The notes beneath the pieces were generated by a model. The model made no database searches and had not been told where the DNA came from. It saw only the letters and a program-made list of their open reading frames with translations. DNA of 64,000 bases from Parcubacteria group bacterium CG1_02_58_44 (GTDB lineage: Bacteria; Patescibacteriota; Patescibacteriia; SG8-24). The translations under genes and the position numbers were made by a program. The stretch is from NCBI GenBank assembly GCA_001872545.1, contig MNWN01000041.1, forward strand, positions 218 to 64,217. Reading direction: 5' to 3'. Each line of letters opens with the position of its first letter. Positions within the stretch are counted from its first letter, which is position 1. Shown in pieces: positions 49,376 to 59,385 of this stretch.

Positions 49376-50354
49376 ACTCGATCTCCTCCAGGAGGATAAC
49401 CCGTCCCTGAGTCTGACTGCGCAGGCGAGACTTGACCAAGGCGATTAGCTGGACGACTTCCTCGGCCGAAGCCTGTCCGTCGCTGATGAAAAAGTTGGCG
49501 TGGCGGTCGGAGACGCTGACGTGTCCAACCTTAGTCCCCTTCAACTGCGCCCGATCCAGAATCCAACCGGCCGGAACGATTCCGTCGGCCGTGACCGGAA
49601 CGGTCTCACCCGAATCGAGGTCCAGCCAACGACGTAAGCCGTCCAGGTCCTCCGGTGATTCTGGGCGCCAGTTCTTGAAGACACAGCCGGCAGTCGACTG
49701 TCCCGCCGGTTGAGTTGACCTCTTATCGTTCAAGATCTCCTTCAGCCGGGCCAGTCCGTCGGCCGCATCTTCCGCGATGCGCAGTGTCATGACGACGGAC
49801 AGGACGACACGGCTCGGATCCGACTTGAACGCACTCTGCCGATAGCCGAAGCCGCACTCCGCCCGAGTCATCTCGACTGCCTTCCCGTCGCGCAGGCAAC
49901 TGACGACATCGACGAATTCGCCGGCCGAGCCGCCGTAGCAGCCGGCGTTGCCGCGGATCGCCCCGCCGACCGTCCCGGGCAGGCCGATAGCCCACTCGAA
50001 TCCGGTCAGTCCGGCCTCGGTGGTCTTCAGGGACAGGAGGGCGGTCGGAGTGCCGGCCTCGACCCGAACTCTGGATCCGTCGATCTCGATACCGCGATTG
50101 GCCATCCTGATCACCAGACCCCGAAAGCCGCCGTCCGAGACCAGGACGTTCGAGCCTCCGCCTAAAATGTAGTACGGCAGGTCGAGTTCCAGGGCGGTAC
50201 GGACAGCGGCCACCGCCAAATCGGCGGACGGTGCGGCGAAAAGATAGTCGGCCGGACCGCCGATCCGATAGTTGGTGTACGGAGCCAACGGCTCGTCGGT
50301 GATGACTTCCGGCGATACGCGCCGGCGAAGTTCTTCTGTGATTTGATTCGACAT
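49362..50354 (-). CDS. murB: UDP-N-acetylmuramate dehydrogenase
   Basis: IGGPA, GGGSNVL, PGTVGGA, GYRQS, AGCVFKN, HANF. Confidence 0.96.
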   Translation of the reverse strand: MSNQITEELRRRVSPEVITDEPLAPYTNYRIGGPADYLFAAPSADLAVAAVRTALELDLPYYILGGGSNVLVSDGGFRGLVIRMANRGIEIDGSRVRVEAGTPTALLSLKTTEAGLTGFEWAIGLPGTVGGAIRGNAGCYGGSAGEFVDVVSCLRDGKAVEMTRAECGFGYRQSAFKSDPSRVVLSVVMTLRIAEDAADGLARLKEILNDKRSTQPAGQSTAGCVFKNWRPESPEDLDGLRRWLDLDSGETVPVTADGIVPAGWILDRAQLKGTKVGHVSVSDRHANFFISDGQASAEEVVQLIALVKSRLRSQTQGRVILLEEIEYVGF

Positions 50355-50357
50355 AGT

Positions 50358-51764
50358 TCAGTCGGTTTCCTTCCCGGCCAGCCGCCGTGCCAAGAGGTCG
50401 ACGTCACCGGCTCCCAAAACCAGGGTGACCGCACCCGGTGCCAGTACGGAATGGATGGCCGCGAAGCCCTCCTCGAGCGAAGCCGCATACCTGATCTGCC
50501 GTTCGACGCCCCGCGAACGGTCGTGTCCGATCACCGCCTCCATCAGCCGACGCGAGCTGACGTCCGCATCCGCGTCGTCCTCCCGTCCGATGACATCGTA
50601 TATCTCGAGCAGCACGACCGAATCCGCACCGTCGAACGACCTGACGAAACGGTCGAACAGGTTGCGGGTCCGGTTGCGGTGATGCGGCTGGAAGACCAAT
50701 ACGATCTTGCGGTCGGGATAGAACTCGCGCGCCGCGGCGATGGTCCCCTCGACCGCGACCGGATGATGACCGTAGTCGGAGATCACCGGACCGCCGTACG
50801 GCTCCCCCACCACCTCGAACCGGCGCCAGATGCCGCCGTACCCGGACAGCGCCTTCCGGACGGCTTCAAAAGGCGCCCCGTGCTCCAGGGCCAAGACCGC
50901 GGCGGCCGTGGCGTTCTCGATGTTGAACCGTCCGGGCACATGCAGCTCGATCTCGCCCAGGTCCTGCTCCCCCCTATAGAGATGGAAGCTCTGGACCCCG
51001 TCGCCGATCGCGATCTCGCCGAGACGGTAGTCGGCCTCCTCGCCGGACCCGAAACGCAGGCTCCGACCGCTGCACTGCAGCGCACCGGATCCGTCCGAAT
51101 CGTTGGCGTTCAGCACGACGAAGCCGTCGGACCTGACCTGACTGAGGAACTGCTCGAAGGTGTCCATGATGTGCTGCCGGTCGGTGTAGTAGTCGAGATG
51201 GTCCTCCTCGACGTTGGTGACGACCGCCGCCGACGGACTGAAGACCAGCAGATGAGCCTGATGCTCGCAGGCCTCCACCACCAGCAGGTTGCTGCCGCCC
51301 AACCGCAAATTTCCGCCGTCAAACGAGGGGACCTTAGTGCCGACGATCACCGTCGGATCGAAGCCCGCCTCGATCAGTATCAACCCCAGCATGGCAGTGG
51401 TCGTACTCTTACCGTTGGTGCCGGCTACAGCCACAGTTCGTTTGCCGTCCGCATATTCGCCGAGGAACTCGAAGTAGGTCAGGTTACGAATGTTGCGTCG
51501 ACGGGCCTCGACCAGCTCCGGATTGTCTTCCGGCACGGCGCTCGTACGCACGACCAGATCGACGTCAGTCGGCAGGTTGGCCGCATCGTGACCGATAGTC
51601 ACTTTCGCCCCGACGCGCCGCAGCACCTCGACCACACCGCTCTCGGCGAAGTCCGAACCGCTGACCTCGACCCCGGAAGTCAAAAGCAGGCGGGCCACTG
51701 CCGACACGCCTATCCCTCCGATACCGATGATGTGGGCCTTTTTGACTTCCTTCAGCCATTCCAT
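50358..51764 (-). CDS. murC: UDP-N-acetylmuramate--L-alanine ligase
   Basis: GIGGIGVS, AGTNGKSTT, VEACE, DHLD, DYGHHP, FQPH. Confidence 0.96.
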   Translation of the reverse strand: MEWLKEVKKAHIIGIGGIGVSAVARLLLTSGVEVSGSDFAESGVVEVLRRVGAKVTIGHDAANLPTDVDLVVRTSAVPEDNPELVEARRRNIRNLTYFEFLGEYADGKRTVAVAGTNGKSTTTAMLGLILIEAGFDPTVIVGTKVPSFDGGNLRLGGSNLLVVEACEHQAHLLVFSPSAAVVTNVEEDHLDYYTDRQHIMDTFEQFLSQVRSDGFVVLNANDSDGSGALQCSGRSLRFGSGEEADYRLGEIAIGDGVQSFHLYRGEQDLGEIELHVPGRFNIENATAAAVLALEHGAPFEAVRKALSGYGGIWRRFEVVGEPYGGPVISDYGHHPVAVEGTIAAAREFYPDRKIVLVFQPHHRNRTRNLFDRFVRSFDGADSVVLLEIYDVIGREDDADADVSSRRLMEAVIGHDRSRGVERQIRYAASLEEGFAAIHSVLAPGAVTLVLGAGDVDLLARRLAGKETD

Positions 51765-51894
51765 ACGGACAAATTATGACATGAATCCGACAAAATGAAA
51801 CGCCGACGTTTTGCGCACGAAAACTCGGACAAAAAAAGACGAGGTACCGCAGATGGCACCTCGATGAGAAAAGAATTTCGACTTTTCCGGCCGA

Positions 51895-52857
51895 TCACTT
51901 GGTCGGAAAAAAGACTCCCCCGATCAGCTCACGGCGACGGCCTTCAACCGACGCCAGGATGGCCTTCAGGATGAGCGGTCGTTTCTCGTCCGGCACTTCG
52001 ACGGACCAAACGATGACGTCGTCCCCCTCCATCAATGTAAGGTCAGACAGTGTAAGCTCAGGGAACATCTCCAAAGAGAGTTCCCCCTCACTGCAGCAGA
52101 ACGACCGCTCAAACAATGTACCGCGGCATCTGACCTGCGCGTAGGTAATGCAGTTCATGGAGCCGACGATCGTCCGCAGCACATTCCCGAACCGCTGGAC
52201 GGCCACCTCCGGAGCGGCGGAAAAGAATGCCGCCAGTTGTCTGACATGCTGCTCGGTCAAGTAACAAGCACGCCGGTCAAAATCACCCGGATCAGTAAAA
52301 ATCTGATCCGGAAAATTTGTCGAATTGGCAGCCTGCTGCCAGAACCAGACCATACCATTGCTGCCCGGCTTGGTACCGAACAGCAGTCCGCGCAGCATGC
52401 GGATCGGCTGTGGCGGCAGGATCCAGCAATGCTGTCCGCCACCCTCCACGGCAATCCCCCGGCCCATATCCTCGAACCAACGGACGCAGGCCGGAGCCTG
52501 ATTCTGGGCCACCAGCTCGAGCACCCGTCCGAACCAAGAGACCGTCCGGCCTTTCAATAACGGACATAGCCCGGGATTGGCATCGTGTTCCCACCGCGCC
52601 AACGCAGTAAGCACCAGACTCTGCACTGGCCGCGGCACGGAATCGACGAGCAGGTTCTCGACAATCAGTCCGGCCATAAACGACCGTCCGCCGTTACGAC
52701 GCATCTTGGAGGCAAGATGACTGAGAGTGTGCATTCCGGCCACGCATTTTCCGTAAGTGTCGGTCGAATTCTCTCCGCACTCTCTCCAGAGCGACAAAAT
52801 ACTCTCGAGTCCGTTGCGAAAAGCAACTATGAGTTGCCTTTCCTCTCCGTACTCCAT
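51895..52857 (-). CDS. Hypothetical protein
   Basis: 320-aa ORF with GGAG SD, filling the gap between murC and elp3; no recognisable motif. Confidence 0.65.
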   Translation of the reverse strand: MEYGEERQLIVAFRNGLESILSLWRECGENSTDTYGKCVAGMHTLSHLASKMRRNGGRSFMAGLIVENLLVDSVPRPVQSLVLTALARWEHDANPGLCPLLKGRTVSWFGRVLELVAQNQAPACVRWFEDMGRGIAVEGGGQHCWILPPQPIRMLRGLLFGTKPGSNGMVWFWQQAANSTNFPDQIFTDPGDFDRRACYLTEQHVRQLAAFFSAAPEVAVQRFGNVLRTIVGSMNCITYAQVRCRGTLFERSFCCSEGELSLEMFPELTLSDLTLMEGDDVIVWSVEVPDEKRPLILKAILASVEGRRRELIGGVFFPTK

Positions 52858-53004
52858 AGTCTCCTCCCGTGCCTGCCAACGAAAGTGCAGACAACTTTAA
52901 ATATAAGCACGACTTAAGGCTAGCGTCAAGCCTCCCACTCCCTCCCGACCCAATTGCTCGACCCAGAACCTGATGATAACCTTCCATCCTAAGACACAAA
53001 CGCC

Positions 53005-54648
53005 ATGAGCAGCCGTCCAAAGAAACCCGTGTCCGACGCCAGCGCACTGGCCAAGACCGCCATACTGGCCGTCCTCAAGTCACGCCCCCGTACGCGTGAC
53101 GATCTTTTTGCCGTCGTGCGTCAGACATCTTCCCGACTACACCAGAGCCAGCCGGCAACCCACGAGCTGCTGGCCGCCTACCACGAAATGATCGCCGACC
53201 GACCCAACCTAGCCGCATCAAGAATAGAACGCATGCTGGTCAAGGCCCGCGTCCGTTCCCTCTCCGGTGTGGCAGTCGTGACCGTGCTGACCAAGCCCTA
53301 TCACTGTCCAGGCCGCTGCATATATTGCCCGTCCGAGGCCCGGATGCCGAAGAGCTACCTGTCGAACGAGCCGGCGGCCATGCGGGCGCTCACCTACAGG
53401 TTCGATCCATACAACCAAGTGATCGGTCGGCTGCGGGCCCTGACGGACAACGGCCACCCGACCGACAAAATCGAACTGATCGTCAAAGGCGGAACCTGGT
53501 CGGCCCATCGCTGGGACTATCGACGCGAGTTCGTCCGCCGCTGCTTCGACGCCTGCAACGACTTCACTGCGCACCGCCGAAGGACGTCGTCCGACCTGGC
53601 CACCTCGCAACGACGCAACGAGACGGCCGGTCAGCGCATCGTCGGACTGACCCTCGAGACCAGGCCCGACTTCATCACTCCACCCGAAATCGTCCGCCTG
53701 CGGGAACTTGGCTGCACGCGCATCGAGCTGGGCGTGCAGACCACCGACGACAAGATCCTGACGGACTGCCGCCGCGGCCACGACTCGTCGGCCGTGATTC
53801 GAGCCACCGCACTGCTTAGGGACGCCGGCTTCAAGGTCGACTACCACCTGATGCCACAATTGCCGGGAGCTACACCGGAGTCCGACCTCAGGATGCTACG
53901 GGGGGTCTTCAGCAGCCCGGACTACCGCCCGGACATGATCAAGATCTATCCCTGCGCGGTGCTCAAGACCGCCGAACTGTACGACTGGTGGAAGTCAGGA
54001 CGCTATCGTCCATACTCTGACGCTGGCCTGCTCGAAACGCTCATCGCGATTAAAAAGGAACTACCACACTACTGCCGCGTCTCGCGCGTGATCCGCGACA
54101 TACCGTCACCGTCGATCGTGGCCGGCAACTCGGTCACCAGCCTGCGACAGGTCGTCGAAAAGGAGATGAAGACCCGCGGTCTGGCCTGCCGCTGCCTGCG
54201 CTGCCGCGAAATCGGACGGGTCGCCCAGTCCGATCCCGACATCCTGTCCGCCAAACCAACACTCTTCGACGACATCTATGAGGCTTCGGGCGGAACCGAA
54301 CATTTTCTGTCGTTCGAGGACCCAGAACGCCGGGCGGTCTTCGCCTTCTGCCGCCTACGGCTTCCCGGAAACGTATCCGATCAGCACAACCTGCCGCCGG
54401 AAATCCGCGGTGCAGCGCTGCTTCGCGAACTGCACACTTACGGCCATCTGGTGCCGATCGACGGCCACAGTCCGAAGTCCGCCCAGCACCATGGGCACGG
54501 ACGTCGACTGATGGACGAAGCCGAACAACTGGCTCGCCAGTCTGGCTTCAAACGGATGGCCGTAATTTCGGGCGTCGGCGTCCGGGCCTACTACCGCAAG
54601 CTCGGCTACCGACGTCGAGGCACCTATATGATCAAGTGCCTAAATTAA
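53005..54648 (+). CDS. Elp3-like radical SAM / acetyltransferase (tRNA U34 modification)
   Basis: CPGRCIYCP, PKSY, ETRPD, ELGVQ, RELHTYG, ISGVGVRAYY. Confidence 0.93.
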   Translation: MSSRPKKPVSDASALAKTAILAVLKSRPRTRDDLFAVVRQTSSRLHQSQPATHELLAAYHEMIADRPNLAASRIERMLVKARVRSLSGVAVVTVLTKPYHCPGRCIYCPSEARMPKSYLSNEPAAMRALTYRFDPYNQVIGRLRALTDNGHPTDKIELIVKGGTWSAHRWDYRREFVRRCFDACNDFTAHRRRTSSDLATSQRRNETAGQRIVGLTLETRPDFITPPEIVRLRELGCTRIELGVQTTDDKILTDCRRGHDSSAVIRATALLRDAGFKVDYHLMPQLPGATPESDLRMLRGVFSSPDYRPDMIKIYPCAVLKTAELYDWWKSGRYRPYSDAGLLETLIAIKKELPHYCRVSRVIRDIPSPSIVAGNSVTSLRQVVEKEMKTRGLACRCLRCREIGRVAQSDPDILSAKPTLFDDIYEASGGTEHFLSFEDPERRAVFAFCRLRLPGNVSDQHNLPPEIRGAALLRELHTYGHLVPIDGHSPKSAQHHGHGRRLMDEAEQLARQSGFKRMAVISGVGVRAYYRKLGYRRRGTYMIKCLN

Positions 54649-54781
54649 CGTCGAAAAATCCTTCCTGACTTCGAAAACCGACGTTTTTTCGACCATTTCC
54701 TGATCCTTAATTGAGGCAGACGGCGAGAAGGATTTATCTTCTTCAAATGTCTCCGACGTCATGCTAGAGTTTTACGGACCT

Positions 54782-56071
54782 ATGCTAGAACACCTGCGAC
54801 AACAGGATCCGGAAGTGGCTGCCACCCTGGCGGCCGAGCTGTCGCGTCAGAGAAACGGACTCGAGATGATCGCCTCCGAAAACTCCGTCTCCGAGGCGGT
54901 ACTCGAGGCGCTCGGCACGGTGCTGACCAACAAGTACGCCGAGGGCTATCCGGCCAAACGCTACTACGGCGGCAACGAGCACGTCGACGTCGCCGAGACG
55001 CTGGCCATCGAACGAGCCAGGCGACTCTTCGGTGCCGAGCACGCCAACGTCCAGCCGCACTGCGGTTCCCAGGCCAACATGGCCGCCTACTTCGCGCTGG
55101 CCGAACCCGGAGACAAGATCATGGCCCTGGACCTGGCGCACGGCGGACACCTGACGCACGGCAGCCGCGTCAACTTCTCCGGCAAGCTCTACTCCTTCAT
55201 CCCCTACGGCGTCAGTCGAGAAACCGAGACGTTGGACTTGGACCAGATCAGCGAACTGGCGCGACGCGAACGCCCCAAGGTCATCCTGGCCGGCTACACC
55301 GCCTATCCGCGCTCGATCGACTTCGCCGGATTCCGGAAGATAGCCGACGAGGTCGGAGCCTACCTGATGGTCGACATGGCGCATATCGCCGGACTGGTCG
55401 CGACCGGACTGCATCCCGATCCGGTCGCAGTAGCCGACGTCGTGACTTCGACCACGCACAAGACCCTACGCGGTCCGCGCGGCGGGCTGATCCTCTGCCG
55501 GCGGGAGGACCGGCTTCGTCCCGACGACAAGAAAAACCTGGCCCGACGCATCGACTCGGCGGTCTTTCCGGGAATCCAGGGGGGTCCGCTGATGCACGTC
55601 ATTGCGGCCAAGGCCGTGGCCTTCGGTGAGGCACTGCGGCCGGACTTCACTGACTACCAGCGACAGGTGATCGCCAACGCCCGCGAGCTGTCGGCGGCGC
55701 TAGTCGAGGAGGGACTGCGCGTCGTCTCCGGCGGAACGGACAACCATCTGGTGCTCGTCGACCTGACGCCGGTCGGCGTCTTCGGACAGGAGGCATCGAC
55801 CAGGCTGGACGCCGTGGGCATCCACACCAACAAGAACCTGATCCCCTTCGACGAACGCAAGCCGACCGACCCGTCAGGACTGCGGCTGGGGACGCCAGTG
55901 CTGACTACCCGCGGACTTCACGAACCGGAGATGCGCAGGGTCGCCTCGCTCATCGCCCGCACGCTGAGGTCCGACGGCGAAACCGAACTCGACCTGATCC
56001 GCTCCGAAGTCCGAAACATAACCGAGGCATTCCCGCTCTACGCGGACCTCGACTACGGCCATGTCCGCTAG
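54782..56071 (+). CDS. glyA: Serine hydroxymethyltransferase
   Basis: [32 protein letters not shown]. Confidence 0.98.
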   Translation: MLEHLRQQDPEVAATLAAELSRQRNGLEMIASENSVSEAVLEALGTVLTNKYAEGYPAKRYYGGNEHVDVAETLAIERARRLFGAEHANVQPHCGSQANMAAYFALAEPGDKIMALDLAHGGHLTHGSRVNFSGKLYSFIPYGVSRETETLDLDQISELARRERPKVILAGYTAYPRSIDFAGFRKIADEVGAYLMVDMAHIAGLVATGLHPDPVAVADVVTSTTHKTLRGPRGGLILCRREDRLRPDDKKNLARRIDSAVFPGIQGGPLMHVIAAKAVAFGEALRPDFTDYQRQVIANARELSAALVEEGLRVVSGGTDNHLVLVDLTPVGVFGQEASTRLDAVGIHTNKNLIPFDERKPTDPSGLRLGTPVLTTRGLHEPEMRRVASLIARTLRSDGETELDLIRSEVRNITEAFPLYADLDYGHVR

Positions 56072-56951
56072 GATAATCGACGGGCGGGCGGTGGCCCGAA
56101 GGATCCTGGCCGAAACACGCTCGGAAATTGAGTCAATTGACATGACCCCCGGTCTGGGGGTCATTATGGTCGGAGACGATCCGGCCTCCAAGGTCTACGT
56201 TCGCAAAAAGATGGAGGCTGCAAAAAGAATCGGCGTGCATTTCGAGTCATTGGTCTTCCCGCAGGATACGGACGAGGAAACGATCGTACGCGCAGTCACC
56301 GAAATGAACGCGCGCGACGACATCCACGGCATCGTGGTCCAGCTGCCGCTGCCCAAGGGTCTGGACACCGACCGGATCGTCCGGACGATCGATCCGGACA
56401 AGGACGTCGACGGATTTCATCCCGAACTGATCAGGCGAATGTCCCAGGATCCGGACTGCCGGCTGCCCGGACTGGTCGAGGGACTCAAGCTGCTCTTCGA
56501 CGAGACCGGACTGGAACTGAACGGACAGCGGACGGTCATAATCTCCAACAGCGAAGTATTCTCGCATCCGCTCAAATTGTTTTTGGAGCGTCAGGGTGCG
56601 GGAGTTGAGACTGTACGCGGCGACTCTCCGAACTTGGCATCGGCATTGGGTCAGGCGGACCTGCTGATTACGGCTGTCGGTCGCCCCGGTCTAGTTACCG
56701 GACAGATGCTGAAGCCAGGTACGGTCATACTCGACGTCGGCACGACACGTGTCGACGGACGGGTAGTCGGAGATGTAGAGTTCGAAACGGCGAGCGAGGT
56801 GGCCGGCTGGATCACTCCGGTGCCTGGCGGCGTCGGACCGGTCACGGTTGCCATGCTGCTGCACAATGTCGCTCGTCTGGCAAAAACAAAACGACGGAGG
56901 ATTACAAAAAACAAACCTAATGCGGCGGCCAGACACCGCATCGGCGATTGA
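56061..56951 (+). CDS. folD: Methylenetetrahydrofolate dehydrogenase/cyclohydrolase
   Basis: [28 protein letters not shown]. Confidence 0.96.
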   Translation: MSARIIDGRAVARRILAETRSEIESIDMTPGLGVIMVGDDPASKVYVRKKMEAAKRIGVHFESLVFPQDTDEETIVRAVTEMNARDDIHGIVVQLPLPKGLDTDRIVRTIDPDKDVDGFHPELIRRMSQDPDCRLPGLVEGLKLLFDETGLELNGQRTVIISNSEVFSHPLKLFLERQGAGVETVRGDSPNLASALGQADLLITAVGRPGLVTGQMLKPGTVILDVGTTRVDGRVVGDVEFETASEVAGWITPVPGGVGPVTVAMLLHNVARLAKTKRRRITKNKPNAAARHRIGD

Positions 56952-56983
56952 GAAGTAGTTCTTTCAACACAGAGGAGGTGAGA

Positions 56984-57628
56984 ATGGTAACGAGAAGAGA
57001 CCCCTGTCGAGAGGGAAAATACTGCGTTAAAGATAGACAAGATGAGCCTGCCGACAAAAACAGACAGCCTTCGGCAAGAGACGTATTGGAAAGAAGGCGG
57101 AAAAGAAGGCAGGCTCGGTTAGCAGTAAAAAGCTGGACATTGGCCTATCTGGAACGTGAATTCCTCTCGACCCCATCGCCGGCATCTTGGAAGCCGATAC
57201 CGTCCGAAATGCCGACAGATGCAACGTCACCAGCGGAACTTCTGTTGGAGATGTTGCCCGAAAAAAAGTCCCTTCCCTGCCCCACCTGCGGCAAGGAGAC
57301 CCCGCATGTCGCGAGGACCCTGTCGCACGACGAGACCATCATGGTCTGCACCGCATGCAGCGAAATCAAACACTGTCATGACTGCAGACGAGAAACGAAA
57401 CACACAAAAATGCTCCTGCAAGAAGAGACCGTCATCGCCTGCGCCACATGCAGAAAAGTCATCTACTGCAGCTCCTGCAGGACAGAGATGATGCATACGG
57501 TGTCAGACTTCTCAGGAAGAAAGATCAAAATCTGCTGTGGTTGCAGGGAAATGAGACTTCCGGGTCTCGACGCTCGACGAAAAGAGGAACGAGAACGAGA
57601 AAACGCCGCGCTGACTCAAACCGCATAA
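56984..57628 (+). CDS. Hypothetical protein with three tandem zinc-ribbon-like repeats
   Basis: GGAGGTG SD; CxxCxxExxH...CxxC repeated three times. Confidence 0.75.
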   Translation: MVTRRDPCREGKYCVKDRQDEPADKNRQPSARDVLERRRKRRQARLAVKSWTLAYLEREFLSTPSPASWKPIPSEMPTDATSPAELLLEMLPEKKSLPCPTCGKETPHVARTLSHDETIMVCTACSEIKHCHDCRRETKHTKMLLQEETVIACATCRKVIYCSSCRTEMMHTVSDFSGRKIKICCGCREMRLPGLDARRKEERERENAALTQTA

Positions 57629-57692
57629 GAGACTTTCGGGGGCTACTCCCCCGTTTCTTTTTTCGGCAAAAACGAAAAAGAACGTCTTCGGC

Positions 57693-57721
57693 TTGACAAA
57701 AATCTTCGATCGGAATAGACT
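57693..57721 (+). promoter_or_regulatory. Sigma70 promoter
   Basis: TTGACA-N17-TAGACT. Confidence 0.7.
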
Positions 57722-57753
57722 GATATCGATTAACTCAGACTAACGAAAAAGTT

Positions 57754-57906
57754 ATGTCAGAAGAAGCCACAGACGCCGTTCAGCCGACGACCGAGGACGA
57801 GAAGACCGCAGAAGCCACCACTACGGAAGAAGTTACCGCCGCTCCGGAAGGAGACGCCGGCAGCGACAGTCAGCCGGCAGCGCCGTCCGAAGAGAACGCG
57901 GCCTAG
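57754..57906 (+). CDS. 50-aa acidic low-complexity protein
   Basis: MSEEATDAVQPTTEDEKTAEATTTEEVTAAPEGDAGSDSQPAAPSEENAA, lying between a promoter and a terminator; below the ORF-track cutoff. Confidence 0.7.
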   Translation: MSEEATDAVQPTTEDEKTAEATTTEEVTAAPEGDAGSDSQPAAPSEENAA

Positions 57907-57929
57907 CAGAAATAGACCGGTTCAGACAG

Positions 57930-57954
57930 AAAAACTCCCATACGGGAGTTTTTT
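57930..57954. terminator. Bidirectional intrinsic terminator
   Basis: AAAAACTCCC-ATAC-GGGAGTTTTTT. Confidence 0.8.
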
Positions 57955-57971
57955 CGTGACCGGAAGACTTA

Positions 57972-59132
57972 CTACGGCCACCGCATCAGCGTAGCCACTG
58001 TCTCGTAGCCTGCACCAAGCAGCAGGACGACAATGCTGACGTAGGCCCAGACGCCGGAAATGCCCAGACGACGCTTTCCCAGCAGTCCCCGTCTGGTCAC
58101 GTTCACGTACAGCATCGCGATAATGACCGCAGTTATGCCGCCGAACACCGCACCGGTAAAGCTGACGGTCGAGATGAAGTCCTTCATGCCGAGGACGACC
58201 GCCAGAAGCGGCACGATCGCCGCCAAGAACCAGGCCAACGTCCGACGCAGGCGGTAGTCATACTCGAAAGTCGAGCGCAGGTTCAATCCGATCATGAAAT
58301 ACGACGTCGCCACGGCAAGGAAGCCGAACGCCGCCCCGAACGCAGCTATGCCGCTGCCCAAGACGGAACTCAGGCCGTCGAGCGCATCCTTGGTCGTCCC
58401 CTGTCCGGTCACGCCGTAGACTGCCAGTCCGAAAAGCGCCGTCAGGCAGGTGGCCGCCAAGGTACCGACGACTATCGCCTTCCGGAAACCGCGCCGGTGC
58501 CCATCCATGAAGTCCCTCATCTCGGGGATGGCCGACAGGCCGGAAAGCGAAAAGAGGATCACTCCGTAGGGCAGGAACAGGTCACCACGGGGAACCAGAG
58601 CCGTAAGGTTAGACAGCTCCATCCTCGTACCGGCGGCCGCTACGATGGCCAGCAAAGACACGATCAACGCGACGGTAGACCAGAAGTCAACCTTCTCGAT
58701 GAAGCCCAAGCCGAAATAAACGACCGCGGAACCGACCAGACCCCAAATGACCTGATAGTGAAACGGCGTACCGCCCAGCCAAGGCGACAGCAGCAGATGC
58801 AGGAAAATCCCGCTGACCAATATGTAGGCGACCGAAGCGCCCCAAAAACCCAAGACGAACGCCACGGCCGCAATACTGCGAACGCGCCGACCCAAAAACT
58901 TGCCGGCCAGTCCCACCAGCCGCAGTTCCTCCGGACAGGCCATGATTGCCTCGGCATAGAATAGCGACTGCAGCAGCTGGATTCCGCCCAGAATCAGAAA
59001 ATAGACCAGGGCCAGACCTACACCGACCTGACTGACGGCGTAGGGTATGCCGAAAATGCCGACCCCGATGATCGTCCCGATCAGAGTGACGGCCGCCATG
59101 AGCACCTGACGATTTCCCCCTTTGCGCCTCAT
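57972..59132 (-). CDS. Amino acid permease (aromatic amino acid transporter-like)
   Basis: GTIIGVGIFGIPY, about 11 TM segments. Confidence 0.88.
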   Translation of the reverse strand: MRRKGGNRQVLMAAVTLIGTIIGVGIFGIPYAVSQVGVGLALVYFLILGGIQLLQSLFYAEAIMACPEELRLVGLAGKFLGRRVRSIAAVAFVLGFWGASVAYILVSGIFLHLLLSPWLGGTPFHYQVIWGLVGSAVVYFGLGFIEKVDFWSTVALIVSLLAIVAAAGTRMELSNLTALVPRGDLFLPYGVILFSLSGLSAIPEMRDFMDGHRRGFRKAIVVGTLAATCLTALFGLAVYGVTGQGTTKDALDGLSSVLGSGIAAFGAAFGFLAVATSYFMIGLNLRSTFEYDYRLRRTLAWFLAAIVPLLAVVLGMKDFISTVSFTGAVFGGITAVIIAMLYVNVTRRGLLGKRRLGISGVWAYVSIVVLLLGAGYETVATLMRWP

Positions 59133-59385
59133 GTCCGGGATTATATCTGCTTTGCGCCCGCGCTGAAACCCGACCGACCGGAACGGCTGTCCGATCAACG
59201 GCACTCAACCTCCTGTCCGGCCTGTCGAGGATGCCGGCTCCCCAGCTTAAATTGAAGCCTTATTCACCGAAAGTGGAAAAGTGGCCCACAGAAACTTTAA
59301 GCGGCACGTTGCCTACTGTCCCTGCCCGACCTACTATGGATAGGCTAAACGTCACCGGAGAACGCTCCATCGTTGCCTTTTTCCT

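Noticed and set aside
50343-51779. Long antisense ORFs (e.g. 50343-51779, 60854-62314, 45694-46803, 31538-32596)
   Set aside because: These are shadow frames opposite well-conserved high-GC genes.
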